Positions 57,303-64,000 of a stretch of 64,000 bases of DNA are shown one piece after another (the first letter of the stretch is position 1; every line of letters starts with the position of its first letter). The notes beneath the pieces are model-generated. The model did no database searches. It was not told where the DNA came from and worked only from the letters and a program-made list of their open reading frames with translations. The stretch lies in sequence record LR745208.1; one strand, given 5' to 3'. Position numbers and translations under genes: made by a program.

Positions 57303-58850
57303 CTACCTGGAAATCAACACCTCAGTGAGTAGGATCTGACAGGCAACAGAGACTGCTGATCTCAAAGCTTGGACAACTACTCCTGTAGAATCAACAAGTT
57401 GGGGGGGATCGAGGAAATTCCTCCAGGATCCTGACAAAGGGTCCCAACCCACCCATGGGTCCTCAGACCGAACGGAGAGGACCACATTGGGGGCCACCCC
57501 CTCCCTGGTGGCCAGGGCCGACAAGGGTTTCTTCAACGCCTGAGCCAGGACTGTTCCACCCAATTGGGTTTGCAGCTCAGGAATGTAGCTGGCATATTGG
57601 AACGCTCTCCCTGCCCCAGGAACCACCCCTGAGGAAAGGCATGCCTGCACGGCATGGAGTGTATCCTCAGCACGGGACCTCCTATCCTGGGCCTCCTGGG
57701 CAGTATACCCACCGATTTTTAGGGTGCACAGCCCACCATCCAATGCAGACGCCCGCTCATGGCTCCGGTCCCGGTCATACTCAAAAGACGTGGTTTCCGC
57801 CTGGGCCATCAGGGCTAGTACCCGTGCATCAATCCGTTGGGAGATTACATCATCCATATAGGAAAAGATCTCAGTTTTGCTTTTACTGACAGTGGCTTTC
57901 CTGGCATACCCCAACCAAGAGGCATCGAACTTGGTCAGGTCCATCCCGGATGCCGGGCTGACTACCGAGGCATTGGTAACTGCGGCAATGTCCTCCAACC
58001 AATCGTCCAGCCCTTGTGGGGGTCCAGAGTAGGATATCGCCACACAAGGTAGGACACCCTTGTTGTGGTTCAGAAGAATTGTGGTCAGGGCGTCCCCATA
58101 GAGTCTGTGGCAGAACAGCACGAGTCCCCGTCCGGGCCACTGGGAGGCTTCCTCCATCAAGGACTGAACGTGTTGGAAGGTGCTCAGGGGGTGGGCCACC
58201 GTAGCGACAAGGGGGCCCTCTAGTTCCCGCTCCCCTTTTCCATCCTGGGGGGCCATACCGTGGGCGCACCAGCCCTGGTCTAGGACTAACCCATCCCGGA
58301 CTTCAGTCTCGATTCCTACCCCCTCCCCAGCCTTGAGGAGGATGGTTCCGTTCTCCCCCACCCGTTCGATGGCTCCGACAATACTGGATGCCACAAGGTC
58401 ATCTCCATGCGCTGCCATGAGGGCCACTCTGTGGAGGATCTCAGGGGTTGGATCTCGCACGAGTTGTAGGATTTGTGCCTCAACCAGGGGAAGCCCCTCC
58501 CGTATCCCCCGGACAATGCCAACAGGATCCCATGACACGGGGGAGTAATGGGCCAAGGCGGCTTCGAGTATGGCTCCCACCAGAATGAGGGTGGTGGTGG
58601 TCCCATCCCCAGATGTGTCATCCGTCTTAGACGATGCCGAGCGGGCCAGGGACACCCCTATTCGTCTGAGATCCCCGAACTGCATTTCTCTGGCGAGGGC
58701 CGCTCCGTCAGTTGTTACCAACGGATTCCCCAGCTTGTCCACGATTACCTTTCCACCATTGGGTCCATATGTCACCGAGACCAGTTTTGCTAGGTCGGAG
58801 ACCCCACGGTACAGTGCCCGTAAGGCCGGTCTGCCACTTGTTATACGCAC
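57303..58850 (-). CDS. groEL: Divergent GroEL-like chaperonin
   Basis: VTYGPNG, VTTDG, GDGTTT, GVVPGAG; no GGM tail. Confidence 0.9.
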   Translation of the reverse strand: MRITSGRPALRALYRGVSDLAKLVSVTYGPNGGKVIVDKLGNPLVTTDGAALAREMQFGDLRRIGVSLARSASSKTDDTSGDGTTTTLILVGAILEAALAHYSPVSWDPVGIVRGIREGLPLVEAQILQLVRDPTPEILHRVALMAAHGDDLVASSIVGAIERVGENGTILLKAGEGVGIETEVRDGLVLDQGWCAHGMAPQDGKGERELEGPLVATVAHPLSTFQHVQSLMEEASQWPGRGLVLFCHRLYGDALTTILLNHNKGVLPCVAISYSGPPQGLDDWLEDIAAVTNASVVSPASGMDLTKFDASWLGYARKATVSKSKTEIFSYMDDVISQRIDARVLALMAQAETTSFEYDRDRSHERASALDGGLCTLKIGGYTAQEAQDRRSRAEDTLHAVQACLSSGVVPGAGRAFQYASYIPELQTQLGGTVLAQALKKPLSALATREGVAPNVVLSVRSEDPWVGWDPLSGSWRNFLDPPQLVDSTGVVVQALRSAVSVACQILLTEVLISR

Positions 58851-58887
58851 AGCTTACTTTACCAATGGTACAGTGGTTTAGGTCCAT

Positions 58888-59688
58888 TTGGCTCGCCGAC
58901 GTAAGCTATCCCCAGCCCAGCAGAAGGCAGAGGCCCGGTTCAAGGAACTGGGAAAAGGAGCTGTGGGGGCCTTGCAATCCACCAAACGGGATCATTCACT
59001 ACAAGCCTTCCTGAACAATCGTGGGAACAGGGGCTATGACTTCTGGGTCCTTCATGGGGTCAGCTATCTGTCAGGTGTACCAGACCGGTACATTCAGGGG
59101 GTTTATGAGGGCAAGACCCTTTACCGTGGAGGGGTCTTCCCCCACATTTTCAAAGCCCATATGGACGGCACCTACCTGAGTCCCGAGGGGGTCATGTGTC
59201 TCCTGTGGGCATCTCTGGAGCCAAGACACCTCTACACCGCCGTCACCTACGTGCGGGCCTTCACGCGGCGCTATGGGTGGGACCCACATTTGCCAAGGGT
59301 CCCATATACGCAGATGGCCATGAAAGCCATTGGGGAGATCTTATTGGCCAATGCTGAAGGATGGGAGATAGGGGTTACTGAGGAGGAAAGGCTTCAGAGT
59401 GAAAAGGGTTGTGCCCGACAAATGCGAAAACTGGGGTGGTCCTTGGATGACTACGACCCCAGGACCCTGTTGGGTAAGGTGTTCTGGGAGACCCTTCACG
59501 CCCAAGCCAGGGAAAAGTTTAGTCCTCCTGAGCGGGCACCGGAAGAAAACCTTACGGTGGTCACACGCAAGTGGCCAAAAGGGTTCCTGGCAGGAAGACA
59601 AAAGTTGGGGTTGACTACCCCAGAGGAGGGTGCCCCCACTTTTGACCCAAGGAGACTCAAGAGACGTAGCCGACGGAATACTACCTGA
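58888..59688 (+). CDS. hypothetical basic protein
   Basis: 266-aa ORF divergent from groEL. Confidence 0.6.
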   Translation: MARRRKLSPAQQKAEARFKELGKGAVGALQSTKRDHSLQAFLNNRGNRGYDFWVLHGVSYLSGVPDRYIQGVYEGKTLYRGGVFPHIFKAHMDGTYLSPEGVMCLLWASLEPRHLYTAVTYVRAFTRRYGWDPHLPRVPYTQMAMKAIGEILLANAEGWEIGVTEEERLQSEKGCARQMRKLGWSLDDYDPRTLLGKVFWETLHAQAREKFSPPERAPEENLTVVTRKWPKGFLAGRQKLGLTTPEEGAPTFDPRRLKRRSRRNTT

Positions 59689-60166
59689 GCCGCTGACTCA
59701 ACAGGTAAATGGCCGTTTCATGGGAGTTGGCTGTTGCCATGAGAAAATCGTCCATCCCCAGAGAGAGGACCCCGTCAGCCTTCATGGATTCATATACCTC
59801 ACGGAGCATGGCTTGGAGTTGCTGCTCCATGAGCAATGCCCTGCTATAGATACTTGATGAATAGCCATATCCATCGTCAGAGGTTGGGTGCAGGCTCAGG
59901 AATTTGCCAGATGCTAGAATGAGCTTCTCATCGGTCAGGGCCATGTGCCCATAGATGGAGATGATCTTCTCAGCCAGGGTATCAATTTCCACCGGCATGC
60001 TTGAGTACAATTTTTCGAATAGCAAATGATCCCCATATTGGGGGATACCCTGAACTCGCCAATGTGACGCCCAATGAGATAAGTAGGTGGTACGGAGAGC
60101 AGCTAGAAGCTCAACCAGGGGGGTCAAGCCAACGGTATCATTGCTAGGTGACCACGGATAGTCCAT
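59681..60166 (-). CDS. Ferritin/Dps-like protein
   Basis: HWASHWRVQG..DHLLFEKLY..EIDTLAEKI, HETAIYLL. Confidence 0.75.
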   Translation of the reverse strand: MDYPWSPSNDTVGLTPLVELLAALRTTYLSHWASHWRVQGIPQYGDHLLFEKLYSSMPVEIDTLAEKIISIYGHMALTDEKLILASGKFLSLHPTSDDGYGYSSSIYSRALLMEQQLQAMLREVYESMKADGVLSLGMDDFLMATANSHETAIYLLSQRLR

Positions 60167-60208
60167 GTCGACCGGTGTCCATAGCCTACCTAACGGTGGG
60201 TCCCAACC

Positions 60209-60709
60209 TCATCTATTGCGGACTTGGGCCCGATGGTAATTCCAAGTCAATTCCTCACCTGCCCGGATATTCCTAAGTGCTCGGAACTCGATGCAGGAGA
60301 TCCCTTGGCGAAGGACACACACGATATTGGGTTCCCGACCTGTCATCTCGACAGCATCCAGGTTGTACAGGAGCCCCTCCCCAGAGATGATGCACCGTTG
60401 CCCATCGAGCCATGGGAACAGATACCTGTTTAGGACTGGCATGGTGAGGGATAGTTTGGTCTCCTCAACAGGCAGGGGCATCACCCAGCACCGTTCAATG
60501 GTCTCCCCCAGCACGATGTCCCTACGGGCCATGACCCCCCTACCCCTATCGGCAGACACCCACTTGGAAACAAGAGGCCACCCATCGGGGGGGATGGGTA
60601 CCGATGATTTGAGGCAAGCAGCACAGACCAGAGGAGCTTTTTCCTGGGGGCCATTCTTGGAGATTGGCTGTGTGAGCCCACAGTCGGGGCAGATCGCTGG
60701 CTTGGTCAT
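60209..60709 (-). CDS. SET-domain protein with an N-terminal Zn ribbon
   Basis: CPDC..CAAC; GRGVMARRDI..GETI, YN....EPN, FRALRNIRAGEELTWNY. Confidence 0.88.
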   Translation of the reverse strand: MTKPAICPDCGLTQPISKNGPQEKAPLVCAACLKSSVPIPPDGWPLVSKWVSADRGRGVMARRDIVLGETIERCWVMPLPVEETKLSLTMPVLNRYLFPWLDGQRCIISGEGLLYNLDAVEMTGREPNIVCVLRQGISCIEFRALRNIRAGEELTWNYHRAQVRNR

Positions 60710-60759
60710 GTTTGTTTCAATCCACTCCCTTTAGGGGGGAGACGAGGTACCATACCGGG

Positions 60760-60945
60760 TTACAAATTCTTCCCTAGGTCGAAAAGAACCTTGGCCCAAT
60801 GGGAATCCAGCTTCTCATCCCGGTCCCGAATGGCTCTCACTTGATAGAAAAGCTCCAGGTCAGTCGGTGACAGCTTCTCCTCCCTCTTCTCAATCCGTCC
60901 AATCCATCGGTCGGCCTTGTCATTCGAGAACTTGATCTCTGGCAT
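60760..60945 (-). CDS. small hypothetical protein
   Basis: MPEIKFSNDK..; Shine-Dalgarno-like AAGGG upstream. Confidence 0.5.
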   Translation of the reverse strand: MPEIKFSNDKADRWIGRIEKREEKLSPTDLELFYQVRAIRDRDEKLDSHWAKVLFDLGKNL

Positions 60946-60971
60946 TCCCCTTGAGTTCCTTGTCTGATGTA

Positions 60972-61249
60972 CTATACCGGTTTCAAGCCACTTCCCGGAC
61001 GGAATGGTTGATCGCTGCCCCACACCTTGGGGAACTCACGAATACGAAGGTCCTCAGGCCACTCTTCTGGGTTGGCTCCTGAGGGATCTTTGGCAACCTG
61101 ACGTGCCCATGGGGCCCCCATCTGCTTCACAAAGGGGCCACCCCAAACTGACGACACTCACGGAGGTAGGCCTCGTAGGGCTGATCTCCATACTCCTGAT
61201 CCCCATGGGCCTGGACGGCAAACTGGCGGGCTTTTTCCTTCATACTCAT
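60972..61249 (-). pseudogene. Chimeric remnant: HD-hydrolase (Mesh1/SpoT-like) N-terminus joined to a DUF5131-like C-terminus, frameshifted
   Basis: MKEKARQFAVQAHGDQEYGDQPY, then CRQFGVAP / FVKQMG..GANPEEWPEDLRIREFP across a 1-nt shift near 61134-37. Confidence 0.6.
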
Positions 61250-61250
61250 T

Positions 61251-61523
61251 TTACTCTTGGGCCGTCCACCAGCGTTGGCATTCATCACACGCTTCGACAC
61301 GCACATTACTGGCGTGACCACATTCACGGGGGGGTGGTACCTCAGTTGTTGGTACCCACCCATGTGGCTTACGGGTCACCCGCATCACTCGTGTGATGTT
61401 CGCCCGCTCATGTAATGCCCGCATCTCACGGATGCAGGCATGCTCCTTGAGGGCTGCTGTGTCAGGAAGGTCCACCCATCCGCGTTGCGCGTCGCACCAC
61501 TGCACGATGTAGTATCGGGACAT
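61251..61523 (-). CDS. small hypothetical protein with a C-terminal Zn-finger-like motif
   Basis: CGH..CDEC; GGAG RBS and promoter motif upstream. Confidence 0.6.
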   Translation of the reverse strand: MSRYYIVQWCDAQRGWVDLPDTAALKEHACIREMRALHERANITRVMRVTRKPHGWVPTTEVPPPRECGHASNVRVEACDECQRWWTAQE

Positions 61524-61545
61524 GCTTCTCCTTCTCCCTTACCCC

Positions 61546-61580
61546 CCATCGGCACGGGAGACCCAATTTTTAGCAGAATC
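61546..61580 (-). promoter_or_regulatory. Third copy of the putative promoter motif
   Basis: Minus strand GATTCTGCTAAAAATTGGGTCTCCCGTGCCGATGG, 22 nt before ATG 61523. Confidence 0.6.
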
Positions 61581-61583
61581 GTT

Positions 61584-62033
61584 CTAACGACGGAAGGCAG
61601 GGGGGAGGGGCTGACCTGTACGGGTGTGGAGAAGTTCAATGATCCTGAGGGTGCGGACCACGTATGGTATGCGATAATCCTCGCGTGGCAACCTGCACAT
61701 GCCCGACCGGAACCGGCTGACCGCCCCCTCCCAAGTGTGGCAAACCTCGAAGGACCGGGCCAGGATGTGGGCAGCGGTGTTGGGGGTGCCCGCCGTGTGC
61801 CGGTGATGCCGGTCAACTGGGGCACCCCACCCACCAGCCTCCCCTGCATCACATCCAAGGTGGGTTTCTGAAAATCCAACAACTAACAGAACTGATGGTG
61901 GGATGTTGTTTCTCTCCGCGGCATCCGTGGCAAGTTGCACTACCTCAGTTTGCCTTCGTTCCAGGCAGGAACGGGCTGGAGATGTGGGAAACATTGAGAA
62001 AAGAGCCATGAAGAGCAGGTAGGTAGGTGTCAT
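61584..62033 (-). CDS. Lytic transglycosylase (SLT)-like secreted protein
   Basis: Signal peptide; AAERNNIPPSVLLVVGFSETHLG (catalytic Glu), AAHILA..WEGAVSRFRSG. Confidence 0.65.
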   Translation of the reverse strand: MTPTYLLFMALFSMFPTSPARSCLERRQTEVVQLATDAAERNNIPPSVLLVVGFSETHLGCDAGEAGGWGAPVDRHHRHTAGTPNTAAHILARSFEVCHTWEGAVSRFRSGMCRLPREDYRIPYVVRTLRIIELLHTRTGQPLPPAFRR

Positions 62034-62140
62034 AGGGACATGCTACCGAGGCAACCTGGAGTTGCCGGGCGGAAATCGACTCAATGCGTTAGAGGTGAAT
62101 TTAGTGGACAGCCGATGTTTGGGGGAGTAACTGTCTCACC

Positions 62141-63307
62141 ATGGAAGAACTCAAAGGGATCAACGTCCCGGTTAAGATTTGGGCACCCATCGCAGAGGTG
62201 GAGTCGGAGGCCCTCACCCAGTTGAGAAAAGTCTCAGCCCTCCCATGGGTTTATCATCATGTGGCTGTCATGGCCGACGTGCATGTCGGCAAAGGGGCGA
62301 CCATAGGTAGCGTGATCGCCATGCGGGATGCTGTGAGCCCAGCTGCTGTGGGCGTGGATATTGGTTGTGGGATGGCAGCCATCCCTACCAACCTGTTCGC
62401 GAAGGACCTGCCCGACAACCTGGAAGCTATTCTCTCCGCTTTGGAGGAAGCAATTCCCCAGAGTTTCAATGGGCATTCCGAGGTCTCTGGACTGGCAAAG
62501 GACTGGGATGGCTGGACTCGGTTCAACACACTTACACCCAAGGTGCAAGACCTCTGGAGTAAGGCCAGAGTGCAGATGGGCACCCTAGGAGCTGGCAACC
62601 ATTTCTGGGAGATTTGCCTCGATACAGATCAGAAAGTGTGGCTTATGTTGCACAGTGGTTCCCGCAACATTGGTAAGACACTTGCTGAGATTCACATTGA
62701 GAAGGCCAAGAAGCTAACCCACAATGAGAGGATCATTGATCGTGACTTGGCAGTATTCCTTGCTGGCACCAAGGAGATGGACCAATACAGAAATGACTTA
62801 TTTTGGGCACAGGACTATGCCTTGAAGAGCCGAGAGGTGATGCTTCACCTAGGGATCAAGGTGTTGCAAAAGTACCTCCCAACACTGACTGTATCTCTTA
62901 AGGAAATGATTGCCTGTCACCACAACTATGTGGCCGAGGAGGTCCATTTTGGAGAGCGGGTCTTCATTACCCGAAAAGGGGCCATCTATGCTGGGGAGGG
63001 GGCCATGGGGATTATTCCCGGAGCCATGGGTGGTAAGTCTTACATTGTTCGGGGCAAAGGAAACCCTGAGTCCTTCAACTCTGCCTCTCATGGGGCAGGA
63101 CGTAAGATGAGTCGGAGCCAAGCTAAGAAAAACTTCACAGTGGCTGACCTCATCAAGTCCACAGAAGGTGTCTGTTGCCGGAAGGATGCGGGGGTCCTTG
63201 ACGAAATTAAGGACTCCTACAAGGACTTGGACAGTGTCATGGCCAACCAAACCGATCTTGTCAATATTGTGACTGAGCTCCGCGGCATTCTTTGTATGAA
63301 GGGGTAG
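62141..63307 (+). CDS. rtcB: RtcB-family RNA ligase
   Basis: MADVHVG, VGVDIGCG, GTLGAGNHF, MLHSGSR, CHHNY, RKGA, IPGAMG, SHGAGR. Confidence 0.96.
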   Translation: MEELKGINVPVKIWAPIAEVESEALTQLRKVSALPWVYHHVAVMADVHVGKGATIGSVIAMRDAVSPAAVGVDIGCGMAAIPTNLFAKDLPDNLEAILSALEEAIPQSFNGHSEVSGLAKDWDGWTRFNTLTPKVQDLWSKARVQMGTLGAGNHFWEICLDTDQKVWLMLHSGSRNIGKTLAEIHIEKAKKLTHNERIIDRDLAVFLAGTKEMDQYRNDLFWAQDYALKSREVMLHLGIKVLQKYLPTLTVSLKEMIACHHNYVAEEVHFGERVFITRKGAIYAGEGAMGIIPGAMGGKSYIVRGKGNPESFNSASHGAGRKMSRSQAKKNFTVADLIKSTEGVCCRKDAGVLDEIKDSYKDLDSVMANQTDLVNIVTELRGILCMKG

Positions 63308-63308
63308 G

Positions 63309-64000
63309 CTCGGTAAGAAGGGACGGCTTGTGGTGGAGCTGGGCATCATCGATAGGCATCTGCTGGAATCCTTCCAAAAGTTAGTTCCTGTATACTCTTC
63401 TCTGAGCGAGCGCACCAGGAACACCAACTTCAAAAAGGCGTCAACTTCAGTGTCCTGGAAGGTTTTTGACATGGGCTTCCGCCAGACGTTATTTGACCTG
63501 GGCCTTCCAGTGGGGAAGAAGAGCAAACTAATAGGACTCCCCAAGGCTCCTTTCATCAAGAGAGATTTCTTCCGGGGGCTCATTGATGGGGATGGCTCCG
63601 TGGGGATTACAAGTCAGGGGCTGCCCTTCGTGTCACATGGAGGGTCCAGTCCAGAGATCGCACAGGCCCTCATAGGGTTCGTGAGAGACGTTACCGGGGC
63701 AGAGAAGACATGCTCTCCCAACAAACGGGATGGGGCCTATAACGTCTCGGCATACAAGGAACTTGCTCAGGTCCTGGCAGCTGAGCTGTACTACCCGGGT
63801 TGCCTTGCCCTTGAACGAAAAAGACAGTCCTCCCTCTTGGTCCAAGAATGGAAAAGGCCGGAAGGCATGGTTCGCAAGTGGTGGCCTGTTCGTTCATGGG
63901 GACCAGCTGAAGATGACATCGTGCTCACCCACTCCATTTCTGAAGCCATGGAAATCCTGGGGCGCTCTAAGTCGAGTGTGGGGGTTGTCAACAGTACACC
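63309..64000 (+). pseudogene. 5'-truncated LAGLIDADG homing endonuclease, open to the window edge
   Basis: KGRLVVEL.., DFFRGLIDGDGSVG (second motif); first motif missing, in-frame TGA at 63297; possibly interrupted at about 63982 by an IS end. Confidence 0.75.

Noticed and set aside
1-64000. Stop-codon reassignment, as seen in some large phages
   Set aside because: Conserved genes are full length under the standard code and end in TAA, TAG or TGA at the expected positions.
1-64000. tRNA or rRNA genes
   Set aside because: No cloverleaf or T-loop consensus was recognised in the few intergenic gaps; a tRNAscan run would be needed to exclude them fully.

Overview
A 64-kb segment of a large (jumbo-type) dsDNA bacteriophage genome. 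It is densely coding, uses the standard code (TAA, TAG and TGA all act as stops), and has no host housekeeping operons. 1-10.2 kb (minus strand): intein-containing DnaX that runs off the window edge, a deaminase, RNase Z, a Toprim primase and a sigma-like repeat protein. 10.5-38.9 kb (plus strand): a replication, recombination and nucleotide block with HolB/HolA-like subunits, two DNA methylases, NrdJ, intein-containing RecD2, SSB-like protein, RuvC-like resolvase, RecA, ThyA, split SbcC/Rad50, SbcD/Mre11, a PD-(D/E)XK nuclease, a beta clamp and two HNH endonucleases. This block is preceded by a hairpin-dense non-coding stretch with two type I-C-like CRISPR repeat units. 38.9-41.3 kb: a composite IS607-like TnpB insertion; removing it in silico restores the interrupted phage gene. 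41.3-64 kb: accessory genes (HExxH proteins, GHKL ATPase, HNH-RNA ligase, SET domain, ferritin-like, RtcB) and virion/lysis genes (amidase, baseplate spike, C39 peptidase, LamG tail fibre, GroEL-like chaperonin). All calls come from motif recognition by eye; no database search was run. Best leads: the nested IS607/TnpB element with reconstructable ends and guides, the cas-less I-C repeat units, shared short peptide tags in unrelated proteins, and a three-copy promoter-like motif.
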